This document shows positions 12,301 through 24,892 of a stretch of 64,000 nucleotides of DNA, in pieces. Position numbers and translations under genes: made by a program. The stretch is from Antedon mediterranea. Taxonomy: Eukaryota > Animalia > Echinodermata. The number at the start of each line of letters is the position of its first letter. Position 1 is the first letter of the stretch. The notes beneath the pieces are model-generated. The model was not told where the DNA came from, did not search any database, and worked only from the letters and a program-made list of their open reading frames with translations. The stretch covers positions 34,212,388 to 34,276,387 of the forward strand of contig NC_092670.1 of the NCBI RefSeq assembly GCF_964355755.1. The letters run 5' to 3'.

Positions 12301-15300
12301 GTTGCTAAAGACCCCGCAACGGATTCTTCAAAAGGATTTGAATGTTCATGTAAGCAAGGATACACTGGAGAATACTGTGGAGAAGGTGAGTTATATTTAG
12401 AATTTTACTATTATTACTGGTAGTTTCTTGTTCTGGTGAAACTGAGGCTTAGAACTCTCTCTCTCTCTCTCTTGGGCTCTCCAGGGCTCGAAGCTCTCTG
12501 GTGCTTGAAGCTCTTCGGACTTTAAAGCTCTCTTGGGCTTGAAGCTCTGTTGGACTTAAAGCTCTCTAGGGCTTAAAGCTCTCTAGGGCTTAAAGCTCTC
12601 TAGGGCTTGAAGCTCTCTAGGGCTGAATGGTGGAGAATGCATGGTTGATTTTCTAACTTACACATGTAGTTGTACTGAAAAGTATTTGGGTGACAAATGT
12701 AATCTTTTTTTTCCTTATTTTGTATCTTTAATGTTTTTATTTAAATATATCATAACTGTTCTCTTTGAATCTTATTAAATCTCATCAGTTTTGAAATTAT
12801 TATGAACCACAAAACTGTCACAATATATAGCCTGAGCCAATTATATATGTAAATATATTAACATGATATATAAGCTTCCAGTGGGGTACCCCTTTTCTCA
12901 TTTATTATGTATTATTTTAGAAAATGTTATCTGTACGTTTGTTTTTATTTTGTATTGATTGATATTTATATATTACCCTGTTGATTGATAGATTATTTAT
13001 TTTATTCAATTTAAAGGTGAGATAAGAAACCCATGTTCGCCATCTCCATGTAATCATTTTGGTAGGTGCACCACACGCCCTGGAGAACAATCATCTTTAG
13101 AGGCTGTGTGTCATTGTACTGATTCTTACACTGGAGATTATTGTGATGAAGGTATGGGTTTTTTTTGTATATTCATGTTTAATTACCACCGTCACAAAGG
13201 CCAATATACATAGACGAGCAGTAGCAGTAAGCGGTAAACGATAAGCAGAAAACAATCAATATTATTTCTTATGACCATTTGGTTGACCAGAAAACCCACT
13301 CAAGATAGATACTAATTTTAGGTGGAACAAGTTAGACAGTTTTCCACTTATAGTTACTGTTGGTCTGTGTAAATTAGTCTTAAGTAAAATAAAATCTAAG
13401 CAATGGTACTTATGTTATGATGATTGGCATTGCTTCACTTTGTATCCAAGACGCATTATTAGGCCGACTGGTGGTGTGGCGGTCAAGTGAAATGCTGCCA
13501 TTCATCATAAAGTAATTAGTTCAGTTGCTTGAATTTAATTTACTTTAACCCTAGCTTAATTTTGATTACAGCATACTTAGTCTCTGTTGGCCGAATACTT
13601 TTACTGGTTTTCACATCAATAAAACATCCATTTTGAAAAATAATTTTAACATACATAATGATATGCACAGCATTGGTCATTATCGGTTATGTCTGTGTTT
13701 TGAGCGTGTAGTAAGGATCTTGAGACACAAAACATTGTTGAATTGTGTAGTTGTCATATTATTAATGTTGTGATTCTCTGTGTTTAGAGAAGGATGCTTT
13801 AGACCAGGTCCGCCTTATATTATTAGCCAATCAAAATCGTATAATTTTTGGAGGGAAAATGTTATCCTCCTCTGAAGCCTAAAATTTGCATGTCCAGTAT
13901 AAAAGTGGAATGTAATAGATATTAGGCAGAGAAGAGAGAATAAGATCAGAGTAGATAAACGGAAAGATGATAAAGAAAATATTAAGGCTTGACTGGTAGT
14001 AGTAGAAAGATGTATTAATCGAATTACAAGGAATAAAAGTTCTAGTTGAGTTAAATATACTTTTTGTATGAGTTATCATTCAGTGACAGCTGTGTACGTC
14101 GCGTAGAAATATATACGCCTGAGAAAGCTCGGAACCAACTAAAATAAATTCACTACAGTAGTAGTCTAGACATACTTTGTTAGGTAATATCTGCATTGGA
14201 TAATAATACAGTAGTATGATTATCTAAACTTCCAACTCAAGTACTATACATATGAAAGGCCATATGTGCCAAAATATTTATCTTTTCATCAATATTAAGT
14301 TGAAGTGCCATCTAAAATCTAGACTGCAGAATTTAAATATTAGTATTGCTTACTTTGTAGTTGTGGATCCTTGTAAATCACAACCATGTCTGAATGCTGG
14401 AAAATGTGTTATGTTTGATTTTGAAACTTATTCATGTAAATGTGCTGACGAGTATTTGGGAGACAATTGTAAGTAATTAGATCGTTTAATAATAACAATT
14501 TTATTCTCTATCAACAAACTTTTTTTAGGTTAGGTTACACAGAATTTTGGTTTATTTTTTTTTTACTTCAGGTGAATTTGAGAACCCATGTTCACCATCT
14601 CCTTGTAAAAATGGAGCTGCTTGCGACACATTCCCTGGACAACTATCGCGCTACGAGGCTGTTTGTGAGTGTACAAAAGGCTATAAGGGAGAATATTGTG
14701 ATGAAGGTATGTTTTGGTTTTGTTAAAACAATAGTGTAGCTGAATCCTTACAAGTTCTGTATTATTTTTAGCCACACATTGTAAGTTTAGATATTGATTG
14801 ATTGATTGATTGATTGATTCTTTAAATAGAATTCTATTCAATTTTATAATTCATATTCCCATGTCAGATCTTCACCAAACTCTAGATATTTTTCAATCTC
14901 TAATTTGGAATTGTTTATGGCATCTGATAAATTGTTCATTTTAGTTGTGGATCCTTGTAAATCACAACCATGTCTGAATGGTGGAGAATGTGTTATGCTT
15001 GATTTATCAACTTATAGATGTAAATGTATTGAAGAGTATTTGGGAGGCAATTGTAAGTAATTAAATTTTTTTAAATAATTTTGCACTCTTCAAAACTAAT
15101 CAAACAACATTTTTTAGCTTATGACTTTCTGTTAAATAATATACATTTTGTTAATATTTGGGTTATCTCAGGTGAAATAAGGGACCCATGTAAACCAACT
15201 CCTTGTAAAAATGGAGCTGCCTGTACCACAGGTCCTGGTCAACTACCACATTTGGAGGCTGTATGTGAATGTACAGAAGAATATGAGGGAGAATATTGTG

Positions 15301-15516
15301 ATGAAGGTATGTTTATTATGTTTTTACTTAAATTGTTGAAATTAACATCTTACAAATATTGTATTCTCTTTTGAATTTATTTTGGTTTATGACTTTATTT
15401 CTTAAAGTTGTGGATCCTTGTAAATCACAACCGTGTCTGAATGGTGGAGAATGTGTTATGCTTGATTTCTCAACCTATTCATGTGGGTTGTACTGAGGAG
15501 TATTTGGGAAACGATT
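3317..15516 (+). CDS. EGF-like and sushi/CCP mosaic extracellular protein, partial. Exons 3317-3532 (EGF), 3696-3863, 4322-4486, 7260-7424, 7882-8046 (sushi), 12251-12385, 13017-13151, 14361-14468, 14572-14706, 14945-15052, 15172-15306, 15408-15516 (EGF; last frameshifted)
   Basis: Each exon has AG/GT boundaries in phase 1. EGF motifs include [13 protein letters not shown]...[12 protein letters not shown] and [14 protein letters not shown]. Sushi motifs include [19 protein letters not shown]. Start and stop exons not identified. Confidence 0.85.
4822..4862 (-). ncRNA. Minimal hammerhead-ribozyme-like motif of the Penelope pLTR (variant core)
   Basis: Minus strand gatc-TTGAAAA-tggttccatgatggttcc-GAAA-cg-TC-gatc. 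UUGAAAA replaces the CUGAnGA core; stem II is imperfect. Confidence 0.6.
4982..6150. mobile_element. Non-autonomous DNA transposon (Mutator/MULE-like) with long TIRs made of 15-bp tandem units, inserted in the Penelope ORF
   Basis: Left arm (caagtcggcccc/aagtcaactcggcc)n at ~4992-5160 is inverted at ~6005-6150. Flanking duplication CTTTGACT at 4974-4981 and 6151-6158. Confidence 0.8.
9382..10584. mobile_element. hAT-like MITE with 5-bp TSD
   Basis: TIRs cagggccgtagcca / tggctacgggcctg; GTTGG on both flanks (9377-9381, 10585-10589). Confidence 0.8.
10672..12152 (-). mobile_element. Non-autonomous Helentron (HINE/DINE-1-like)
   Basis: 5' palindrome aggttatatgcat-ta-atgcatataacct (12121-12148) and (AAAT)n tract. 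Minus-strand 3' end: subTIR gcatataacct + hairpin aatttgtc-atagt-gacgaatt + CTAG-T. Shares the internal motif tacgagcacgtc with the 55.6-58.7 kb elements. Confidence 0.8.
12473..12624. repeat. 17-bp minisatellite (gggcttaaagctctcta)n after a (CT)n tract, intronic
   Basis: About 9 degenerate-to-perfect units. Confidence 0.85.
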
Positions 15517-16671
15517 GTAAGTAATTTTATAAGTTTGTTATTTTTTTCGGATTAACCCGAGTTTTCGGCATGTATTGAATATAGGACTATTCTAATGTCT
15601 GTTATAGGGGTGTTAGTCAATGTGTTGGGTTAGGTGTGCATAGGCTTGTTGATGCCTCTATTGTTCGCGCCATTGTGCCAATAGTTTTTTATTTTACTGC
15701 TATTGAACTGCTGCTGTAGTCTTATTATGTCTGTACATTACATCCTGTTTATATTATTTTAAATATGTTTTATTTTACATTTCAATTTTCATGTAATATT
15801 ATTACATGTTTTTTTTTCTCAACAGCTGAATCAAGTTATATAGCCTCTACAAATAACAAGAAAAAAATACATTCAAACTTTATTCAGAATAAGGAGAAAA
15901 CAACGTATTTAATTTATGTTTTAATTAAATACATCCATGTTAGTTCATCCACAGTTGATGTTGTACACTTAAAGGCATAAGAAAAACATACATTGTGTAA
16001 CGTATTTAATTTAATGTAGGCCTACAGGTTTTACTTCATCGACCCAGTTTTAAGTGTTAGTAGTGTCATGTTTGGTTCAACTTATTTCAATGAGTTATCA
16101 ATATGTTTGTGAGGTTTTCCCTCCTGTGATCCTGACACAAACTAAAACAGCCAGAAATAAAATTGCAGAGCTTTCTCTCTTGCAGCACAGGCTGACCCTT
16201 CCTCAGTACAAGATATATAGGGCCACTATTATATAATTAATACGACAACAAATATATTCACGAATTTTGAATATGCTTTTGAATGATGTTCAGTATCCCT
16301 CCCGTTACTTACTAATTACCTCTAGTAAGAAATATTTTCCATTTTAACTTTCTGTATTTATAAAAGTAAAGTCAGTTATAGACTTGGTCCATGGTTATTG
16401 TTTACTGCTGAGTTAGAAGTTATAAATCAATAGTGGTTTTTTAATGAAATAAAGAAAAGGCAAATAAAGTGTGGTCAGATATGGACCGTAACAATTTAGC
16501 AAGGTATAAAATTAATGTTTATGAAATTGATATTTAGGTAAAGTAAAATATAACTATTTTCTGATTGCCTGAAAGAGATAAAAAGAATTATAAAAAAAAA
16601 GAATTCTGTGCTAAATTATAGGTACATTGTCAAGGATTGAACACTGGGCCTAGTGCATTTAGGTTTACTTA

Positions 16672-16850
16672 GGCGTGGTTCCCACTAGCGACGCAACGCA
16701 AGGACGTAACGCAACGCAAGTGAATTGACCAATCACAAGCGATGGCTTATTCGCTTGTGATTGCTAACTGTCTATAACTTCGCTTGTCATGGGTTAAAAC
16801 GCTTGCGTTGCGTTTACGTCCTTGCGTAACGTTCTAGTGGGAACCAAGCT
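16672..16850. mobile_element. Palindromic Tourist/Harbinger-like MITE (related copies ~2943-3088 and ~9580-9757)
   Basis: TIRs tggttcccactag / ctagtgggaacca; TTA/TAA flanks. Confidence 0.75.
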
Positions 16851-17195
16851 TAACTTGGTGCACTAACTGTAATGTAAAAGTGTATAAATTAGAGGAAAAT
16901 AATTTGTTTTCTTCTTTCCTTACTATTATAATGGTAGGAGTGAGATATAAGATGTATTGAAAGTTATTTAATGTCAGTTGTATTGTATTATAATATTATA
17001 TTAATAATAATATTAAATTGATGCTTTTTCACAATTTTCTACCTGTAACCTTTAAAAACTTCATAAATAAAAAAAAGAATATGAATTTGGTCTAAAGTGA
17101 GACGTGTCGGCCCACAAAGTGGGATGCTTCGGCCCATAAGTGGACCGAATCGTCCCGGATTCGTGGATGGATGGAGTGGGTCTAGGCTCGCTTTC

Positions 17196-18063
17196 ATTGT
17201 CCAGAAAACGAGATCCCGTTGTTCCATCTTACAATCTAAATGGACATGAACTCATGAACGTTAATGACATTACGTTACTTGGTGTGGTAATATCCCATAA
17301 TTTGTCATGGGCACATCAGGTAGATAATGTAACTTTGAAATGCAATAGGATGTTAGGTTTTATACGGTCAATTGCCACAGGTTGTTCTACACCTGTTTTA
17401 CTTAAACTTTATAAATGTCTTGTTCTTCCCCATATTCAATATTGCTCCCCTGTTTTGTATCCTTATCGTCAATGTCATATTAATAAGATAGAGAAAATTC
17501 AAAGAAGGACAAGTCGATTTATCCTTCATCAACGAATCTTAGATCAGCCATATTCTGACCAATTAACTAGATTGAATTTGATGACAGCCGAATCAAATCG
17601 AGATTATTTTACCGTTATTTTTGTTACAAATATATTATATAAATTACAGAATAGTTTTATTTTAAATATGTTGATTATCAATTGTAGGCATTTGGATGTT
17701 CTGACTTTTAAACATCTTGCATCCAAAACTGATAGTGGAAAGTATTGTATCCCAACCAGATTTATTCGTCTGTGGAATGCACTACCGGTCAATATTACAG
17801 ACGCCTTTGTTTGCGGAAGTTGGGTACAATTTAAAAACATGTTAATGGACCACTTTAAAAACACTATGCCTCTTTAATGTATATAATCATAGTATTTATA
17901 TTACTTATTTACATTGTTTTATGTTTTATTGTATGCTTTGAGTGCTGGTGTGGCACGCCTTATGGCGACAGTGGTCCTTCGACCTCTTTTGCCACTCCTT
18001 GGCACACTCAAAGTCTATGTATTGTTTTAATTGCTAAAATTAATAAAATAAAATAAAATAAAT
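17196..18063 (+). mobile_element. CR1/L2-like LINE 3' fragment with 3' stem-loop and (TAAAA)n tail
   Basis: ORF 17140-17877 (LLGVVI, LYKCLVLPHIQYC, IEKIQRRTSR, RLWNALP). Hairpin tttgagtg...cactcaaa at 17937-18012. Same clade as the 893-2093 LINE. Confidence 0.88.
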
Positions 18064-19030
18064 AGTCCTGGCTGTTTCACATTAATTTCTGGTTCATTCT
18101 CCAGACTTTAATCAGATATTTCTTCTTATTTCTTTAATCGTCTGTTGGCGAAGTGGCGTTCGGCAAAACGTCCTGTCACCATGTACGTCTAATGCAATGT
18201 ATTAGATTGTTACATTTCACAAGAGTTTTATCATAATGTAATACTTAGTAAGCAGCTTTGCGATAAGCCTGCTTCATCGGTCCCGTTTCATCTCGCGTCG
18301 GCCTTTCTCGCAAAAAACATTCAAACAATTGTATGCCGCGTTCTAACTGTTCCACTAGCAAAGTGATCATCGCCCTAACCATTTTTTGTCACGGTCAATA
18401 CAATACAAATAAAATGATACTTGATACTGTACACGGTTTCGTTAGTGTTAACATTAAGAATAAAGTGATCGACAAATTCATCATAATATCCTCAGTAGGA
18501 TGCTCTTAAGGCTCAGGTAGGCCTAATGATGCTGATTTAGATAGATTCTTTGAAACAGAACCGTATCAGAAGTAGGCCTACAGTAACATATTATAGCATT
18601 TTTATTGACAGATTTACAAAATGTATTGAAATAAATATGGTAGGACATAACATTCTATAATCTCGGGTGGCTCAACTTTATGTATTACTGCAATGGAAAT
18701 GGGCATGGTCCTACCATGGACCTATAATTTATATAATTATAGGTCCTTGGTCCTACTACTATCCAATAGGATTCCAATACATTTCCTTTACTAGTACGAA
18801 TCATTCATCCATTTATTCAATTTTAGGCCATGGAGAAATAAGGTAACTTATTTCTCCATGGTTAAAATTACCGTAGGCCTATGTAGGACACTGGCCCTAG
18901 TACAATATATAATAGAGATTAATAGGGCTTTAGGCCCTAATTAAATTTAAGTAGTATTAACAGCAAAATATTTACTTTAATGTATATCCCTAACATTAAT
19001 AAAATTGTATATTACTGATAATTAATTGTA

Positions 19031-20187
19031 CTAGATGGTCATGACCACAGATGGTTCTCGAATACACAGGTCATTTCAGCGTAAAAAACTGAGTTTTTGT
19101 TAATGTACGTACCGCATGACTAATGAATTGTCGTTTACAGGAACGAATAAATAGACACGATGAATTATATAGTCACCTAAAATTAGCACCCTGGTATTTA
19201 CTTCCTAAAGAGAAAATTCCAAATCCAAATTTTTTATTCCACAATTTGTGTTTTGCATATAACGTTAGGGTTGAAGGATGGGGGAAGAATATGGGTACAA
19301 AGAGGAACAATTTTATTTAAATATATTCTTTATCCACACAGTAAAACATTTGCGATATAATACTTTGTTATCTGTTGTCTGTCATAGTTGCTTGAATTAG
19401 TAAAGTACATGTAACGATACACCACTACAACGTTTACATTTTTTATAATTAATAATTAATACAAACGTTGAGAAGCAACTGTCAGTAATTAAGTTTTTAA
19501 TTATTATATTATGTGTTTTGTATCCAGCAGTAGGCCTAGAGCCTACCCACAGTCACAATGTTCTTTGTATGTGTTTATTCATTCAGAAAATTTCGATTCA
19601 AATGGCGATCAAAAATGGTTAATACGTATTTACAATATTGTGAAAGTATTGTAACACTTTATCTCAGTTTTAAGTTTATTCTCCAAGGGCCCATAAATTT
19701 ACCTAGAAACTGGGAGTCTGAGAGATTGGAATGTTTCATTCATCGCAAATCAATACATTTGTATAAACGTATATTAAATCTATCAAAATAGTATTTTTTA
19801 AGAAAATCGGCCTGTCTTCAACATTATGACACTGTACTTGAGCTGTTCAACCGGTTTTCAGCTATTAAAATCAATTATCGTAGGAGGAGATAGGAAAATG
19901 CGAAGCATCCTCGTATTATTGTGTGCAGGTATTTTTCAAGAGGACATCCATTAGACAGTGTATATCACGATCGGAAAACATCCCTGTTTGGGGCAAATCG
20001 TTTAACCTAAATTCGTTTTAATTGTCAATAACTAATTATCTAACTCAATTTAATTAGTAAACAGGGTTACATCAGGTGGTTAAAATCAGTACCGAGATTC
20101 TAACCAACTTTGTATACTACAAGTAAACATTTTAGAAATAACGCACGATTTACCGAATTTTGTCCTTTACGTAAATTTATATATAGA
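19031..20187 (-). mobile_element. Non-autonomous Helitron, copy 1
   Basis: Minus strand A|TCTATATATA...CTAG|T. High identity to 46782-48328. The GC-rich 3' hairpin is missing in this copy. Confidence 0.85.
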
Positions 20188-21016
20188 TGAATGATTTACC
20201 TATAGATATAATCAATTAAAATTAATGTATTTTCCATTCGAAATTAATTTAAATATAGAAGGATGGCATAAGTGATAGTTCGTTGCGATAACTGCACACA
20301 ATTATTATACTACATGAGCAGAGATAGTTAATTGCATATTCATATTTCCAGAAGGTCAAACGGTCATCTATCTCAACGTTATATAGCGCATAGCACCGCG
20401 ACTCGGCATTTCACAGTTGAGTTTTCTTTTTGTTGGTGAAACATCGGTATGTGTCAGTTCAGGCTTCCTTTGTTTTGTATGTAAGAAAATTAATTCCACT
20501 GCTGCTTGTGGTTGAAGAAAAGTGAGCATTGAGAAAAGTGGCATGTAAAGAAGGGGAAAAGTTGACTGTGTATGAAGATTGTCTATTGAAACATCCATCC
20601 ATTAGACAGGCTTCTTTATTGTAGTTTATAAAGTTCTATAGTAAAGTGTTTAGTTGGGGAGCCAGAATCTGGCTGCCAGAAAGGGTTTACCTGCACCCTT
20701 CTCTAGGTAGCAAATTATGTTAACAATGTTTTTTTTGCTTCCTTATATCAATACAAATCAATTTGTTGCTGTTGGCTGAACAAATTGGGATTCTTTGTCA
20801 GTACGACGGGCCAAAACTAAGGTCAATATATGGTCAAAGTTAAGACTTTGTGATAATTGTCCGGGTCTCAAATTACTCGTAAAGTATATATGTTTATATT
20901 TGTTCTAATATGTAATAAAAATCATAAACTGTCAATAAACTCCTAATTGACCTTTGACATATAGCCGGCACAAACATTTTTGATTTATACTAATACTTTG
21001 CGTTACTTTAGTAGTC

Positions 21017-21200
21017 AGTGGAGCTGTAGTTTGGTCGTTAACGTGCTTGCCTTCCAATCCCAAGGTCCGGGGTTCAATCCTAACCTTACTGACGACTCAA
21101 ATCCACCCCCTGGAGCCTCAAATGAGGCGATGCGTTATGAAATCAAAGCTGCTGTTACCTACCAATCGATGGCAAGGAAAAGTAATTCTTGTGCAAAAAA
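21017..21200 (+). mobile_element. Degenerate tRNA-derived SINE-like sequence
   Basis: A-box-like tagtttggtcg and B-box-like ggttcaatcc at tRNA spacing; A-rich end. Confidence 0.45.
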
Positions 21201-21815
21201 ATAATATAAACAATAAAAACATTCTTTTCCTGGTCAGACAGTGACGTGCGTGTGTTTGGTACGGTTTACAATAATATGATATGTTGTCATTGGTTTTGTA
21301 ACAAAATCAACTTCTGGTATTTTATGGAAACCTGTCTCCATACTTAGGGCTAATCAGTGCTTATAACAACATAGAACTTAACTCAACCATGGAGAATTAT
21401 TTCTCCATGATGCAACTAAATAAAACACAACTGAAAAGAACTAGTTGTGCAAGAGAAACTGATTAGCAACTGAACAGAACTGAAGTGCTTATGTCGACAC
21501 TGGGACTGATTGTAACTAGTCATGGTTATCTTTCCACATGCACTTCTGGAATCGTAGTTGTATAGAATCAATCCTATGGGCACTTATTTTGTCTACAAAT
21601 AACATCAAACTGATCGCTGCTAGTCGCTCAAAAAACTACACTCGACTTGTTCAGTCTATTTTGTTTCGACCACTTTCACATGTCGACTTTTTACTATTCT
21701 GAAATTCTTGTACGGTAGTTCATCGTGAAAGTGAATTGATCTAAGAAGTGGGCTTTCAGTGTAGCTAAACATTGTATTATTTTAAATAATTTCTATTTTG
21801 CTCAACAGATAAAAA

Positions 21816-24800
21816 ATGAAGATTGTGATTTTCATTGCTGTAGCCTGCTTAGGCATGGTTCAAGCCAAAACCTTGTATGGCTTAAAACCATTGTCGAAAG
21901 ATATGGTGAATTACATCAACTATATCAACACTACTTGGAAAGTAAGTATACCAATTAATACAGAGAAATATATTAAGAGGCACTTTCCAAATGTGTCCCC
22001 TTAATAGGAGTTCTACCTAAATGTTGGCTCTGTTTCCCTATATATTTTTCGATGCTATATACTCATTGAAAATATCTTCATTATGTCGTATGACAACATT
22101 TCAGTGGCAAATAGTGCTATTTTAAATGAAACAAGTTCAGAACTCACTTTATATCCTGAATTCAACAAATATTTTTAAATTATCCAAATTTGATTCAATA
22201 ATATCATCTCATTGTACAAAGCTTTTACACTCCTAAACCCACACATCGAAAATTGGAAAACCATTAAAAAAAAAACTAATATATATATATATACAGTCTT
22301 TTTATTTTTGTCATTTTATTTTTTATGTACTTTCACAGTTACATATACAGTAACAGATTGTTAATTTTACATAATTTATATTATTTGCTTTAAATTAATA
22401 ATATAAATAAGTAAAATAAATATATTTAAACTTTAAATGTTATTAAAATCAAAAAATTATTGGTAAACATTTCTTGTAAAACTCATCTGAGCTGACTCGG
22501 AGAGAGGCCTACTGTACATCAAGACCAAAAATCAATACTGGGATGACTATACCCTGGGATATGCCTGTTAGGACATAAAGTAGGAGGTAGGATTAGATCC
22601 AAAGTGGTATTATACCCGAGGATATGGTGTTATAATCTTTTACAGGCTGGCCACAACAGGAATTTTGAAGGCATGACAATAAAGCAAATCAAGGGAATAC
22701 TGGGAGCTCTACCGGTTCCTGAAAGCATGAAGCTGCCCAGGAAATCTTTTATTGTTGGTGATCTACCAGAAAACTTTGACAGCCGAACCAAGTGGTCTAA
22801 TTGCCCAACTATCAAGGAAGTTCGCGATGTGGGCTCATGTGGATCTAGCTGGGTCAGTGCTATGGATAAGGAAGAGTGGGAGAGGTGTGAAGGGACGGAG
22901 TGAAGAGTAGTTGGATTCGTAGACGAATGAGCTATACATGAAACAACCCTTAGCATTTTGTCTAAATATCTCGTTCACAAGACATACAAGTTTATTATAC
23001 AATCATAAATCTACCTATAGCCATTGTTATTACTTAAATTAAACTTAAACCTTAAACAATTTTGAACACTAATATTTACGCATTCAATGTACGTATTTCC
23101 TAGATTAAAATTACTTGTGGACTAAAGTACAACGAACCTTTGTACACATAATTAACTACAGTATTATGATAATATAATCATTATTAAATGTTTGTTGATT
23201 GTTGTAGGCATTCGGCGCAGTTGAATCAATGTCTGATAGGTACTGTATCCACTCGGGAGGAAGAGTAAATTTCTGATAACCTGCTGTAGCAGCTGCGGTT
23301 TTGGGTAGGTTGATTACAGCTTGCCACTGGTTTAATCTTTACACTTACACTTTTAGAAAGTTTAGATAGATTAAATTAGATTGAAATTCACCTTTTTTGG
23401 AACAAACAAGAAAACATTGTTTTTATTTTTCATTAAGTCTGCTTACCAAAGGTTAAATAAAGTGAGACAATACAATACATTGCATTGAATTCCACGATTC
23501 AGTATAACATAACTATAAATCTCAAACTGATTATTTATTATTGTTTATTGGTATTTCTTAAAAATTTACATTTATTCAAAGATTTTTGAGTGTGAATTAA
23601 AATAAAATGTTTTACTGCGTAACACTCGGTAGAAAGTCTCAGAAATTTATTCAAACATTACCTAGTGATCTAATTTCAATTACAGATGCGATGGTGGATA
23701 TCCACCTGAAGCCTGGAACTACTGGAAAAATTACGGAATTGTAACGGGGGGTAATTACAACACCAGTCAAGGCTGTCAGCCATACCTCATTCCATCATGT
23801 GACCATCATGTCTTTGGAAAGTTTCATCCATGTGGCGGTATCTTACCAACTCCTGAGTGTTCCAGGTCTTGTGAGAATGGCTACTCTGTCAAGTACAATG
23901 ATGATAAGAAATTTGGTAAGTACTGCACAATAAAATATTTATGTGTTGTCAGTTGGCAAGCAAGTATGAACATTTTGTTAAATGCGTGGCTTTCTATCTA
24001 TTTATAAATCTGCTTAAAAACATTTCTTTATCGCCTAAAGGTGCTACAGCCTATCAAGTTTCTGGAGTACAACAAATTATGACGGAGATAATGACCAATG
24101 GACCAGTAGAAGGAGACTTCACTGTGTATGCAGATTTTCCAAACTACAAATCAGGTAAGCATTCAATCTGAAGTACATCTGTAACAAAAGACCATTATAA
24201 GTAGTCTATATTCTGGTAGCGAAATTGTTATTACTCCAAGTATTGGGCAGAAATCTTGAATAATAATAAAGATTCATTATTGAGATAGGCGACCTATATT
24301 TCCTAAATATAACTTAACATAACCATCAAAATCATAGATTTCAATAGTGTTGAAACCAATGGCTTCAGGTCCACAAGACATTTGCGCCTCACAAGCAGAC
24401 TTAGCAAAAAATGTTTATACTGCCTATTCCATCTATGTCCATGCTTATATAGTGCCCCCTATGTCAAATAATAGACATTTCTGGTAAACCTATATGATGT
24501 CCATCCATTATCATTGTACTTGAGGCTATTAGTATTATAGGCTACCGATTTGGATATCTTCTTTCTATCATATCCCAAATCTTCAGTTTAAATAACAATT
24601 CCTACAGATTGATTCTCATGTATCTCATACTGTATACTGTAAGAATATTGTTTGTTAAATAGTTATCTAATTCCTTGTTGCCAACTCCTGGAATCCAGAC
24701 TGGGGTGATAATGGTACTTATTTCATTTCTTTTATTGCATTACTCTCTTCTTTTTTTTTTACATAGAGTACATCTCTTATCATATGTGGTTTTATTTTTC

Positions 24801-24892
24801 TTTACATTTTAGGCTTTTTCAAGATTGTTCGTGGCACTAATGAATGTGGAATAGAGAGTGATATAAATGCTGGAATTCCTAAACTGCCTTAA
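21816..24892 (+). pseudogene. CTSB: Cathepsin B-like pseudogene. Exons 21816-21941, 22646-22852, 23208-23304, 23686-23915, 24041-24154, remnant 24674-24713, 24813-24892
   Basis: Signal peptide and propeptide, [11 protein letters not shown], occluding loop [44 protein letters not shown] is changed to VGSCGSSW; exon 3 has a frameshifting deletion (TGA TAA); the catalytic-His part of exon 6 is absent. Confidence 0.92.

Noticed and set aside
15493-15496. In-frame TGA as selenocysteine in the EGF exon
   Set aside because: Explained by a 1-bp insertion relative to the paralogous 108-bp exons.
23274-23279. TGA read-through in cathepsin B
   Set aside because: It is followed by TAA and arises from a frameshifting deletion; the homologous sequence continues in another frame.
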